The notes under the pieces were generated by a model. That model had not been told where the DNA came from. It made no database searches and saw nothing but the letters and a program-made list of their open reading frames with translations. Position numbers and translations under genes: made by a program. Positions 12,001 through 28,160 of a DNA stretch of 64,000 bases are shown piece by piece. Source of the stretch: Eledone cirrhosa (Eukaryota); NCBI GenBank assembly GCA_964016885.1, contig OZ024749.1, positions 14,570,001 through 14,634,000 of the forward strand, read 5' to 3'. Position 1 is the stretch's first letter. Every line of letters begins with the position of its first letter.

Positions 12001-15000
12001 TGGTTAGAGGGTGTATGGCTTGGTGGTTAGAAGGTGCAGGGCTTGGTGGTTAGAAGGTGTATGGCTTGGTGGTTAGAAGGTGTATGGCTTGGTGGTTAGG
12101 TGTATGGCTTGGTTGTTAGAAGGTGTATGGCTTGGTGGTTAGAAGGTGAAGGGCTTGGTGGTTAGAAGGTGCATGGCTTTGTGGTTAGAAGGTGCATGGC
12201 TGGTGGTTAGAAGTTGTATGGCTTGGTGGTTAGAAGGTGTATGGCTTGGTGGTTAGAAGATGCAGGGCTGGTGGTTAGGTGTATGGCTTGGTGGTTAGAA
12301 TGTGCAGGGCTGGTGGTTAGAAGGTGCAGGGCTGGTGGTTAGAAGGTGCATGGCTTGGTTTGGTAGAAGGTGTATGGCTTGGTAGTTAGAAGGTGCATGG
12401 CTTGGTGGTTAGAAGGTGCAGGGCTGGTGGTTAAAGGATGTATGGCTTGGTGGTTAAAAGGTGCATGGCTAGGTGGTTAGAAGGTGCATGGCTTGGTGGT
12501 TAGAAGGTGTATGGCTTGGTGGTTAGAAGGTGCAGGGCTGGTGGTTAGAAGGTGTATGGCTTGGTGGTTAGAAGGTGCAGGGCTGGTGGTTAGAAGGTGC
12601 ATGGCTGGTCGTTAGGTGTATGGCTTGATGGTTAGAAGGTGTATGGCTTGGTGGTTAGAAGGTGTATGGCTTCGTGGTTAGAAGGTGTATGGCTTGGTGG
12701 TTAGGTGTATGGCTTGGTGGTTAGAAGGTGTATGTCTTGGTGGTTAGGTGTATGGCTTGCTGGTTAGGTGTATGTCTTGATGGTTAGAAGGTGTATGGCT
12801 TGGTGGTTAAAAGGTGTATGGCTTGGTGGTTAGGTGTATGGCTTGGTGGTTAGGTGTATGGCTTGGTGGTTAGGTGTATGGCTTGGTGGTTAGAAGGTGT
12901 ATGGCTTGGTGGTTAGAAGGTGTATGTCTTGGTGGTTAGAAGGTGCATGGCTGGTGGTTAGAAGGTGTATGGCTTGGTGGTTAGAATGTGTATGGCTTGG
13001 TGGTTAGAAGGTGTATGTCATGGTAGTTAGAAGGTGCATGGCTTGGTGGTTAGAAGGTGTATGGCTTGGTGGTTAGAAGGTGTATGGCTTGGTGGTTAGA
13101 AGGTGTATGGCTTGGTGGTTAGGTGTATGCTTTGGTGGTTAGAAAGTGTATGACTTGGTTGTTAGAAGGTGCAGGGCTGGCGGTTAGAAGGTGCATGGCT
13201 TGGTGGTTAGAGGGTGTATGGCTTGGTGGTTAGAAGGTGCAGGGCTTGGTGGTTAGAAGGTGTATGGCTTGGTGGTTAGGTGTATGGCTTGGTGGTTAGG
13301 TGTATGGCTTGCTGGTTAGGTGTATGGCTTGGTTGTTAGGTGTATGGCTTGGTGGTTAGAAGGTGAAGGGCTTTGTGGTTAGAAGGTGCATGGCTGGTGG
13401 TTAGAAGCTGTATGGCTTGGTGGTTAGGTGTATGGCTTGGTGGTTAGGTGTATGGCTTGGTGGTTAGAAGGTGTATGGCTTGGTGGTTAGAAGGTGTATG
13501 GCTTCGTGGTTAGAAGGTACAGGGCTTGGTGGTTAGTAGGTGCAGGGCTTGGTGGTTAGAAGGTGTATGGCTTGGTGGTAAGGTGCAGGGCTTGGTTGTT
13601 AGAAAGTGCAGGGCTTGGTGGTTAGAAGGTGCAGGGCTTGGTGGTTAGAAGGTGTATGGCTTGGTGGTAAGAAGGTGCATGGCTGGTGGTTAGGTGTATG
13701 GCTTGGTGGTTAGGTGTATGGCTTGGTGGTTAGAAGGTGCATGGCTTGGTGGTTAGGTGTATGGCTTGGTGGTTAGGTGTATGGCTTGGTGGTTAGAAGG
13801 TGCATGGCTTGGTGGTTAGAAGGTGTATGGCTTGGTGGTTAGAGGGTGCATGGCTTATTGGTTAGAGGGTGTATGGCTTGGTGGTTAGAAGGTGTATGGC
13901 TTGGTGGTTAGAAGGTGTATGGCTTGGTGGTTAGAAGGTGTATGGCTTGGTGGTTAGAAGGTGCAGGGCTTGGTGGTTAGAAGGTGCATGGCTTGGTGGT
14001 TAGAAGGTGCATGGCTATTGGTTAGAAGGTGTATGGCTTGGTGGTTAGAAGGTGTATGGCTTGGTGGTTAGAAGGTGTATGGCTTGGTGGTTAGAAGGTG
14101 CATGGCTTGGTGGTTAGGTGTATGGCTTGGTGGTTAGGTGTATGCCTTGGTGGTTAGGTGTATGGCTTGGTGGTTAGAAGGTGTATGGCTTGGTGGTTAG
14201 AAGGTGCATGGCTTGGTGGTTAGAAGGTATATGGCTTGGTGGTTAGAAGGTGCAGGGCTTGGTGGTTAGAAGGTGCATGGCTTGGTGGTTAGAAGGTGCA
14301 TGGCTTGGTGGTTAGAAGGTGCATGGCTGGTGGTTAGAAGGTGTATGGCTTGGTGGTTAGAAGGTGCAGGGCTTGGTGGTTAGAAGGTGCATGGCTTGGT
14401 GGTTAGAAGGTGCATGGCTTGGTGGTTAGAAGGTGCATGGCTTGGTGGTTAGAAGGTGCAGGGCTTGGTGGTTAGAAGGTGCATGGCTTGGTGGTTAGAA
14501 GGTGCATGGCTGGTGGTTAGAAGGTGTATGGCTTGGTGGTTAGAAGGTGTATGGCTTGGTGGTTAGAAGGTGCATGGCTTGGTGGTTAGAAGGTGCATGG
14601 CTGGTGGTTAGAAGGTGTATGGCTTGGTGGTTAGAAGGTGCATGGCTTGGTGGTTAGAGGGTGCATGGCTTGTTGGTTAGAAGGTGCATGGCTGGTGGTT
14701 AGAAGGTGTATGGCTTGGTAGTTAGAAGGTGTATGGCTTGGTGGTTAGAAGGTGCAGGGCTGGTGGTTAGAAGGTGCATGGCTTGGTGGTTAGAAGGTGT
14801 ATGGCTTGGTGGTTAGGTGTATGGTTTGGTGGTTAGGTGTATGGCTTGGTGGTTAGAAGGTGCAGGGCTTGGTGGTTAGAAGGTGTATGGCTTGGTGGTT
14901 AGAAGGTGCAGGGCTGGTGGTTAGAAGGTGCATGGCTTGGTGGTTAGAAGGTGTATGGCTTGGTGTATAGAAGGTGCATGGCTTGGTAGTTAGGTGTATG

Positions 15001-15995
15001 GCTTGGTGGTTAGAAGGTGCAGGGCTGGTGGTTAGAAGGTGCATGGCTTGGTGGTTAGAAGGTGTATGGCTTGGTGGTTAGGTGTATGGTTTGGTGGTTA
15101 GAAGGTGTATGGCTTGGTGGTTAGAAGGTGCAGGGCTTGGTGGTTAGAGGGTGTATGGCTTGGTGTATAGAAGGTGCATGGCTTGGTGGTTAGAAGGTGA
15201 AGGGCTGGTGGTTAGAAGGTGCAGGGCTTGGCGGTTAGGTGTATGGCTTGGTGGTTAGAAAGTGTATGGCTTGGTGGTTAGAGGGTGTATGGCTTGGTGG
15301 TTAGAAGGTGTATGGCTTGGTGGTTAGGTGTATGGCTTGGTGTATAGAAGGTGCATGGCTTGGTGGTTAGAAGGTGCAGGGCTTGGTGGTTAGAAGGTGC
15401 AGGGCTTGGCGGTTAGGTGTATGACTTGGTGGTTAGAAAGTGTATGGCTTGGTGGTTAGAGGGTGTATGGCTTGGTGGTTAGAAGGTGTATGGCTTGGTG
15501 GTTAGACGGTGTATGGCTTGGTGGTTATAAGGTGTATGGCTTGGTGGTTAGATTGTGCAGGGCTGGTGGATAGAAGGTGCAGGGCTTGGTGGTTAGAAGA
15601 TGCATGGCTTGGTGGTTAGGTGTATGGCTTGGTGGTTAGAAGGTGTATGGCTTGGTGGTTAGAAGGTGCATGGCTTGGTGGTTAGAGGGTGCATGGCTGG
15701 TGGTTAGAAGGTGCATGGCTTGGTGGTTAGAGGGTGTATGGCTTGGTGGTAAGAAGGTGCATGGCTTGGTGGTTAGAGGGTGTATGGCTTGGTGGTAAGA
15801 AGGTGCATGGCTTGGTGGTTAGAGGGTGTATGGCTTGGTGGTTAGAAGGTGCAGGGCTGGTGGTTAGAGGGTGTATGTCTTGGTGGTTAGAAGGTGCAGG
15901 GCTGGTGGTTAGAAGGTGCATGGCTTGGTGGTTAGAGTGTGTATGGCTTGGTGGTTAGAGGGTGTATGGCTTGGTGGTTAGAAGGTGCAGGGCTT
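1..15995. repeat. Giant G-rich satellite of 20-23 bp units (gaaggtgtatggcttggtggtta / gaaggtgcagggctggtggtta) with ~4.3-4.6 kb higher-order duplications
   Basis: Continuous tandem units from base 1 to ~15995. Rare variants recur at ~4.3 kb spacing (gatcc at 4986 and 9308; aggttc..gctcgg near 126, 4742, 9065; identical ORFs at 6021 and 10387). Confidence 0.97.
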
Positions 15996-16269
15996 GCAAT
16001 CATGAGGTTCTAGAGAAAACCTTTGACAGAGTTGACATACACATGTACTAATTTGCATATAACTATCAACAGAAGCATTAATATGCAAATTAGTAGATCT
16101 GTTTCAGAATACTTCTAAGAGTGAATGGGTGTATAAAACTATTAAATATGAGTTTCCTTGTGGTTGTTTACCTGATCCACACACGTCTTCTGATGAATAC
16201 CCAACTAGGTCTGAAAATCAGGGAAATACAGGGAAATTCGTATTTTTTGGCATAAGAACATGTCTACAT

Positions 16270-16590
16270 GAAAGCGCATGGCTTAGTCATTAGGACATTG
16301 GGCTTGAAAACGGAAGGTTGTTAGTTCGATACTCCGACCGGGTGATGTGTTGTGTCCTTGAGCAAGACACTTTATTTCAAGTTGCTCCAGTTGACTCAGC
16401 TGCAGGAATGAGTTGTGACGTCACTGGTGTCAAGTTGTATCAGCCATTGCCTTTCCCTTGGACAACATTGGTGGTGTGGACAGGTGAGGCTGGTATGTAT
16501 AGGTGCCTGCTGGTCTTCCATAAACAACCTTGCCTGGACTTGTCCCTCGGAAGGGCACTTTCTAATGGTCATTTGTGACAGAAGGGTTTT
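16270..16590 (+). mobile_element. tRNA-derived SINE, family B
   Basis: A-box-like tggcttagtca, B-box-like agttcgatact, then gtgtccttgagcaagacactt central motif. A related copy lies on the minus strand at ~47830-48060. Confidence 0.75.
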
Positions 16591-18269
16591 TTTACGCCTT
16601 TTTTTTTTTATTGTAATAAGGTTTTTGTCTGTCACAATATGGTTTTTATGTACCACAAAAAGGGTTTTGTGTGTGTGTGTTTCATAGTAAGTCTCATAAT
16701 ATGGTTTTTATGTCATAATATTGTTTTATGTGGGTCGTAATACTGTTTTTATGTGTGTCACGATGTTCTTTTGTGTGTGTGTGTCATATAGTATATATGT
16801 GTATCATAATATTGTTTTTAATGTGTGTGTGTGGATGTTGTCATATGGTTTTTATATGGGTCATAATATTGTTTTTAGGTGTGATGTAATATGGTTTATA
16901 TGTGGGTCATATAGTTTTAGTGTGTGGTGTGTGATGTAATATGGTTGTCATCCCTTCTGTCTAAGAAACTTGATTCCTGGAGGGTGGAGACAAAACAGAT
17001 GAGACAAGATGTGATGTGATGGAGTCAGTCACTGCTCTGAATATATTGGAGGGGTGATGGGGCTTTAGTAAAGTATCTAGAATACAAGAGATATTGAAAG
17101 AAGGGAGAGGGAGAAGTGGTGATGAGAGGTGGTGGTGAGAGGGGGAAGAGGAGTGAGAGACAGAGGACAAGGAATGAGAGAAGAAGGCGGAGGAATGAGA
17201 AGGAGAAGAAGGAGGATGAGGAGAAGGAAGAGAGAACAGAGCAACAAAAACAATCCCCTCTCACAGTTATGAGACAGTTTAGAACTGCAACAGGGGTCCA
17301 CCCCAATTTGTAGTTCTACTGGGGTAGATGACAGGTATATGGAGGGGTGTTGGTACCAGCACTACCTCCACTGTAACATGAGATGGTTCACCACCACCAC
17401 CACTACTACTACTATCACAACCACTCCACCACCACCACCACCACTACTACTACTACTATCACAACCACTGCACCACCATTACTACCATCATCAAGCCCCC
17501 CCCCCATCACTAGCATCATCAACAACACATCACAACCACTACCACCAGCTTCACCACCACCACCACCACTACCACCATTACTACCGCCATCACCACCACC
17601 ACCCTCGCTAGAATATGAGATAAATGTAAAAGGGGTTTACCACCACCCCACTACCACCACCATCACCTCCTACAGGAACAAGATGAATGTAGAGGAGGAT
17701 AGGGGGGGGGGGGGTTAAACCCTACCCACCTCCCTACCTCACCCCTGCAGGGACCCTCAGATGAATGTAAGGAGGAATTGGTTTTAAATGATGCAATCTG
17801 TTGGCTTGTCATCAGATGTCTCCAGGAATTGTCACCGCCACCACCACCCCACCCTACACCTACTCCACCCCTCGGGTGGGGTAGGATGGGGTGGGGGCTT
17901 GTTGTAGAGTGCTGATAGCGGTGGGGGGAGGGGAGCCTGTCATCAGATGTCTTCAGAAATTATCACCGGCTACCTACCTACCCACTGCATGTTACACCAC
18001 CCCCACCACACGCAACACCCTCCATCGCCCACCTACCCCACCCCTGGGGGTGGGGCTTGGTGTAGGGTAGGTAATAGAAAGGGACGGAAAGCTTGTCATC
18101 AGATGTCTCCAGAAATTGTCACCATCTACCTCATCCCCCTACACTACACTTACCCCTCCCTGCATCGTTTATCAGGGTGTGGTGGGGGTGTGGTATGGTG
18201 GGGTGTGGGGCAGGGAAGTAAATGGTAAACATTGACTGAACTCTTAAAGAATTAGGACAAACAACAGGA

Positions 18270-20125
18270 ATAACAATAACACAACTACTACCACCACCAC
18301 TGCCATCACTGCCACCACCACCACCACTGCCACCACCACTACTGCCATCACCACCACCACTCCCACCACTACCACCACCACCGTCACTGCCACCACCACC
18401 ACCACATCCACCACCACAACACCACCACACCACCACGCCACCACCACCACACACTACTACCACACCACCACCACCACACCAGCACCATCACCACACCACC
18501 ACCACAACAAAACCACCACCATAACGAAAACAACATTACATCATTGCCACCACACCACCACACCACCACACCACCACCACCACCACCATCACACCACCAC
18601 CACCACACCACCACCACCACCACACCACCACCACCACCACAACACCACCACCAACACCAACACCACACTACCACACCACCACACCACCACCCCACCATCA
18701 CCACCACCACACCACCACCACCACCACCACCACAACACCACCACCACCACAACACCACCACAACAACACCACCACCACAACAACACCACCACAACAACAA
18801 CACCACCACCACGACACCACCACCACAACAACACCACCACCACAACAACACCACCACCACAACACAGCAACACCACCACCACCACACCACCACCACCACA
18901 CCACCACCACAACACCAACACCACCACAACACCACACCACCACCACCACCACCACCACAACACCACCACAACACCACCACCACCACAACACCACCACCAC
19001 CACAACAACACCACCACAACAACACCACCACAACAACATCACCACCACCACGACACCACCACCACAACAACACCACCACCACAACAACACCACCACCAAA
19101 ACACCACCACCACCACAACACCAGCACCACCGCAACACCACAACACCACCACCACGACAACACCACCACCACGACAACACCAACACCACCACCACCAACA
19201 CCACCACACCACCACAACACCACCACACCACCACCACACCACCACCACACCACCACCACCACCACACCACCACCACCACCACCACCACCACGACAACACC
19301 ACCACCACCACCACACGACACCACCACACCACCACACCACCACCACCACACCACCAACACCACCACCACAACACCACCACCAACACCACCACCACACCAC
19401 CACCACACCACAACACCACCACCACAACACCACCACCACAACACCACCACCACAACACCACCACCACACCACCACCACCACAACACCAACACCACCACTC
19501 ACACACCACCACAGCACCACCACCAACACCACCACCACACCACCACCACCACCACCACCACAACACCACCACCACCACTCACACACCATCACAACACCAC
19601 CACCAACACCACCACCACACCACCACCACCACACCACCACCACACCACCACCACACCACCACCACCACCACCACAACACCACCACCAACACCAACACCAA
19701 CACCACACCACCACCACCACAACACCAACACCACCACCACACCACCACCACCACCACCACCACCACCACCACCACCACCACCACACCACCACCACCACCA
19801 CACCACCACCACCACACCACCACCACCACCACACCACCACCACACCACCACCACCAACACCACCACCACACCAACACCACACCACCACCACCACAACACC
19901 ACCACCACACCACCACCACACCACCACCACCACACCACCACCACCACACCACCACCACACCACCACCACCACAACACCACCACCACCACCAACACCACAA
20001 CACCACCACCACACCACCACCACAACACCACTACCACACCACCACCACACCACCACCACACCACCACCACACCACCACCACCACAACACCACCACCAACA
20101 CCAACACCACACCACCACCACCACA
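18270..20125. repeat. (CAC/CAA)n low-complexity tract
   Basis: Uninterrupted cac/caa triplet mosaic; source of the spurious His/Pro/Thr and Val/Trp/Gly ORFs. Confidence 0.97.
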
Positions 20126-20292
20126 ATTTGATATTTTACACAGCTCTTTATATTCTTGAGTTAACTGAAGCTTTGATATTTGGAAGGCATAAACTATGTG
20201 GAAGCCCAACACTGAATATATCTTTGTGTGTGTGTAAAGTTGTATGCCTCTGTATCTACATGTGTGTGTATAGATCTAATGTGTGTGTAGTA

Positions 20293-22540
<2,248 letters not shown>

Positions 22541-22899
22541 AAATCTTCTCATCAGTCTCCCCTCCCATGTCCCACTACTAACATTTCTAGAGCAGTTTTG
22601 AAACTCTACACTTGAGAAACAAATTTCATTTTATTTCATTTTCTTATATAGTATTATTGTTAGTAGTATTAGTATCTTTGTTAGTAGTATTGTTAGTAGT
22701 ATTGTTAGTACTAGCAGAAAAACCAGCCTTTGGGTAGTTTTCTGCTAGCATGTGTAGTGTGTATATTGATATTATACGCAAGTATATATACATGTAGATA
22801 TGATACATCAAATAAAATCGTAATTGACAATATAAACAGAAATAAGACGTTATTACACTGTCTTATGTAATCAGTTGATTACACTGTCTTATGTAATCA

Positions 22900-23035
22900 A
22901 CATATGTTGATGCCCTAAGGACAGACACTGGTCTGTTGGGGATGCAGGATATGGCAGCGATAATGGACAGAGACCGCTGGAGAGAACTCGTCCATGGATC
23001 TCGGGAATTTTACCCGCCTTAGATAGATAGATGTA
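22900..23035 (+). mobile_element. 3' end fragment of an RTE-like LINE with (AGAT)n tail
   Basis: Translates as ...DMAAIMDRDRWR..., resembling an RTE C-terminus, followed by tagatagatagat. A short inverted copy of the same segment lies at ~26348-26393. Confidence 0.55.
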
Positions 23036-23312
23036 ATCAGTAACGTAATAAATGATACATTAAAAAAAGACGATATTATATATAAACTGCATTAGGAGAA
23101 AATTAGTGATAGAAAATAAGTATGTTTATTTAAGTGATCGCCACCGGAAGTGTTGACATCACACACTCTTTCTTTCTATATATATATGGTAGTTGAAGTG
23201 GTGGTGGTGGCAACGATATACCGGATGTGCAACTTTGAAAAGAAGTCAATTTTAAATTATTTATTTTTACGAAATTATTTTTTGTTTACGAAATTTAGTA
23301 GATATGTATTCG

Positions 23313-23505
23313 ATTGGCGGTGGATTGGCAGTATCGGTAGAGGGTCGGACACCATGCTTTCCAGCATAGTTACGTCCCTTTACGATCTGAGTTCAAATCC
23401 CGCCGAGGTTAACTTTGCCTTTCATCCTTACGGGGTCGATAAAATAAATTACCAGTAATGCACTGGGTATTTGCTGGCCGTGTGCCTAAAGTAGAAACAA
23501 TTATT
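23313..23505 (+). mobile_element. tRNA-derived SINE, family A
   Basis: A box tggcagtatcgg, B box gagttcaaatcc, body gccgaggttaactttgcctttcatccttacggggtcgataaaataa, (ATT)n tail; about 10 copies in the window. Confidence 0.85.
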
Positions 23506-23589
23506 TATTCAAAGTAATCCAACTTATTTTACTAACGGGATAAAAGAAAAAAAACGTACGCAGTCCCGCAGACCTTCCTTTATTATAGT

Positions 23590-24640
23590 TTAGATTATGC
23601 TTCCTTGACGGTGAACAGGTGTGGTCGCCGTTTGCCAGACACGCTTTTCCCCAGCTCATCTCCTTGACGGAGCTGCAGTCCTGGATCAGAAAAAGACCGA
23701 GGGATAGCGCTTGGAAGCTGGAGTGTCTCCAGGCGCTCACCACCCTCTACCAGCTGGGCACTGATATCGGTGGAACATCCACCTTGGCGTTCTATACAGG
23801 GCTAGTGGAGGGGAAGAGCGACGACGTTCTCGAGGAGACCCTGGGCGTCGAAGACAATCAGCTGTTTGCTCTCTTCAAGAGAACTTTCAGCCCGGGACCT
23901 ATGGACAATTTCCAGAAATCCCTGGCCTGGCAGTGCTACCGAGGAGCATTGCCGGTTCGGTGCTGTCAGCCGAGCCTGTCCGAGATGCGCGCAGGACGAC
24001 GAAACTGTACTACACGCACTCGTTCAGTGCCTGAGGATTACTGACTTGTGGAGCTATGTAGGACAGATCCGGTTATCGACTGAATCCATTGTGGAAATAG
24101 CCCCGCCATCCTCATTTAAAGAGGAGGAAGGGCAAGCAGTCTTCATCTGCCTGGTGGCCATGACGAAAGAGATTGTGTGGTGGACAAGGTTGAAAGGGTC
24201 GAAGATGGACACTTTCTTCTCCGGCCAATCCCTGATTAACTTTTTCCAGTTTCACTTGAAGAGGAAAATAAGGGTGGAAAGGCAAGGGCTGTCTTCTAGT
24301 AAGTTTGTTGAAAGGTGGGTGAAAGTGGAGAATCTGGTCCGAGTGAACGGAGTATGCGCCTGTAGACTGAGGAGTGGGAAAACTGAGAGAGGGCGCCTGC
24401 CCTGGTGGTCAGGGTGCTCTTGGTCTTTTGTGTGGTTTTCGCTATGAGTGACCCTCGGAAGCTTCCCCCCTATTGGGGAATTTTTGTTGTTTGAATTTTA
24501 ATTTATTTTACACGTTTCTGTCTTTTATAACCTTTTTACACGGCCAAAAGCCACTTTGTATCGTCCTGTGCCGTCTCTAATGTTTTTCTTCATGTTAGCC
24601 CTTGTGGCCAATAAAGAAACCATTATTGTTAGTATTATTA
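23590..24640 (+). mobile_element. 5'-truncated, frameshifted L1/Tx1-like LINE (zf-RVT region and 3' UTR)
   Basis: Overlapping ORFs 23619-24044 and 23866-24447 give LAWQCYRGALPV... and CPRCAQDDETVLHALVQC (zf-RVT CCHC motif). Ends with aataaa and (ATT)n. A related 3' end occurs at ~52655-52760. Confidence 0.75.
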
Positions 24641-24654
24641 TATAGTAGCATTGT

Positions 24655-24850
24655 GACGGTGGATTGGCAGTATCGGTAGAGGGTTGGACGCCATGCTTTG
24701 ACACAGAGTTACAGCCCTTGCCATTCTGAGTTCTAATCCCGCCGAGGTTAACTTTGCCTTTCATCCTTACAGGGTCGATAAAATAAAGTACCAGTAATAC
24801 ACTGGTTTATTACTGGCCTTGTGCCAAACTGTAGAAACAATTATTACTAT
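24655..24850 (+). mobile_element. tRNA-derived SINE, family A
   Basis: Same A/B boxes and body as the 23313 copy; tail runs into a (GTT)n tract. Confidence 0.85.
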
Positions 24851-25914
24851 TATTGTTGTTGCTTTTGTCATTGTAGTAGTTGTTGTCGTTATCATTGTTG
24901 TTGTTTTTGTTGTTGTTGTTGTTGGCCCCACTATTGTTGTTGTTGTTGGCCCCACTATTGTTGTTGTTGATGTTGTTGTTGTTGGCCCCACTATTGTTGT
25001 TGTTGATGTTGTTGCTCTTGTCATCACCAGCATTGTTGCAGTTGCTCTTGTTGTTGTTGCTGTCATCACAATTGTTGTTGTTACCACTACTGTTGTTGTT
25101 GTTGTTGTTGTTGTCAGCACCGCTGCTGCTGTTGTTGTTGTTGTCAGCACCACTGCTGCTGCTGTTGTCAGCACCACTGCTGCTGCTGTTGTTGTTGTCA
25201 GCACCACTACTGTTGTTGTTGTTGTTATTCTAAAGCCTGTCTCAGTAACTCCACCCTACGATATATAATCCACACAGCATATGTCATACTTTGGGGTGGG
25301 ACATTGACTCCATTGCCTGGTTTAACACTAGCCTCCACTTGGGAGGGATGTACTGGGACACCCCTTTGTTGTAAGTATCCACTCCAGTATCCCAGGGTGG
25401 GGATTGGGGTAGCTATCTTTCTACATACCTCCTTATCCCCCGGGGAGGCTCTTAATTGAGGTATGGGCCCTGTCATGGATGCTGTCCCTCCCTCGCACCA
25501 CTCATAAAGGCGCCTCCCATCAGTTATAAAGACCCTAAAAAGGTACATAGGTCCTGTCCTTCCAAACCAGATACCCTGAAAAGCATCATGGACTCTTCCT
25601 TTCCCTTGCCAACTAAATAGTAATATATATATATGTATATATGTATATATGTCTTTAAGACTATACAAAGCATTTGAAGTTTTTCCAAATTGAAGGATGA
25701 GTATTTTAAACTTTATTTTACCATGACTATTGATTTTTCCCTGGATTTCACTAAATTCTGGGGATCAATTTATATCTTGATTCTCTTTGAGATGAGTTTG
25801 AATTATTTTTCCCACATCTTACGTTAACTATTTTTCCCATTTTGACGCAATAGTCAAATATATATGGGCTACTGTTGGCTTTTCGCTGCAATGTTTTTCT
25901 ATACCTTTCATTTA

Positions 25915-26257
25915 TATATGTATATATATATGTATATGTATATATGTATATGTATATATGTATATATGTATATATATATGTATATATATATATGTATATG
26001 TATATATGTATATATGTATATATGTATATGTATATATATATATATGTATATATATATATGTATATGTATATGTATATATATATGTATATATATATATATA
26101 TGTATATGTATATATATATGTATATATGTATATATATATGTATATGTATGTATGTATATATATATATATATGTATATATATATGTATGTATGTATATGTA
26201 TATATATGTATATATGTATATATGTATATGTATATGTATATATGTATATGTATATAT

Positions 26258-26289
<32 letters not shown>

Positions 26290-26308
26290 GTATATATATA
26301 TGCATATG

Positions 26309-26340
<32 letters not shown>

Positions 26341-27171
26341 TGTATATGTCTCTGTCCCTCATTATCGCTGCCATATCCTGCATCTCCAACAGAAATATAC
26401 ATATATATATATATACATATATATATGTATATATGTATATGTATATATATATATATGTATATATATATATGTATATGTATATATGTATATATATATATAT
26501 GTATATGTATATATGTATATATGTATACATATATGTATATGTATATATGTATATATGTATACATATATGTATATATATATATATGTATGTATATGTATAT
26601 ATGTATATATGTATACATATATGTATATATGTATGTATATATGTATATATGTATACATATATGTATATATGTATATATGTATGTATATATGTATACATAT
26701 ATGTATATATATATGTATATATGTATACATATATGTATATGTATATGTATATGTATATATATGTATGTATATATATATGTATATGTATATATATGTATAT
26801 ATATATATGTATATGTATATATATGTATGTATATATATATGTATATGTATATATATGTATATATATATGTATATGTATATATATGTATATATATATGTAT
26901 GTATATATATATATGTATATGTATATGTATGTATATATATATGTATATGTATATATATGTATATATATGTATATATATATGTATGTATATATATATGTAT
27001 GTATATATATATGTGTGTATATATATGTATGTGTATATGTATGTATATGTATCTATGTATATATATATGTATGTATATATATATATGTATGTATATATAT
27101 ATATGTATATATATATATGTATGTATATATATATGTATGTATATATATATATGTATATATATATATGTATG

Positions 27172-27202
<31 letters not shown>

Positions 27203-27327
27203 GTATGTATATATATATGTATATATATATGTATATATATATATGTATATATATATATGTATATACATATATATATGTATATATATATATGTATATATAT
27301 ATGTATACATATATATATGTATATATG

Positions 27328-27360
<33 letters not shown>

Positions 27361-28050
27361 GTATATATATATGTATGTATATGTATATATGTATATATAT
27401 ATGTATGTATATGTATATATATATATGTATATATATATGTATATATATATATGTATATATATATGTATATATATATATGTATATATATATGTATATATAT
27501 ATATATGTATATATATATGTATGTATATGTATATATGTATATATGTATGTATATGTATATATGTATATATATATGTATGTATATGTATATATGTATATAT
27601 ATATGTATATATATATGTATGTATATGTATATATATATATGTATATGTATATGTATATATGTATATATATATATATGTATATATATATGTATGTATATGT
27701 ATATATATATATGTATATGTATATGTATATATATATATGTATATATATATGTATATATATATGTATATATGTATATGTATATATTTATATGTATATATAT
27801 GTATATGTATATATATATATATTTATATGTATGTATATGTATATATATATATATTTATATGTATGTATATGTATATATATATATATTTATATGTATGTAT
27901 ATGTATATATATATATATTTATATGTATGTATATGTATATATATATATTTATATGTATATATATGTATATATATATATTTATATGTATATATATGTATAT
28001 GTATATATATATATTTATATGTATATATATATATATATATATTTATATGT

Positions 28051-28101
<51 letters not shown>

Positions 28102-28160
28102 TATATGTATATATATATATATGTATATATGTATGTATATATGTATGTATATATGTTTAT
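25915..28160. repeat. (TATG/TA)n microsatellite
   Basis: About 2.2 kb of tatg/ta units. Confidence 0.97.

Noticed and set aside
171-15958. Short W/G/V-rich ORFs in the satellite
   Set aside because: Translations of 20-23 bp tandem units; no splice or codon evidence.
1-15995. Telomeric array (ttagg / ggttag inside monomers)
   Set aside because: TTAGG occurs only as part of longer monomers, never as tandem (TTAGG)n or (TTAGGG)n.
25285-25385. Twister- or HDV-like ribozyme (taacactagcc...gggaggg), loosely similar in inverted orientation to 28195-28250
   Set aside because: The required pseudoknot pairings could not be built by eye; needs a covariance-model search.
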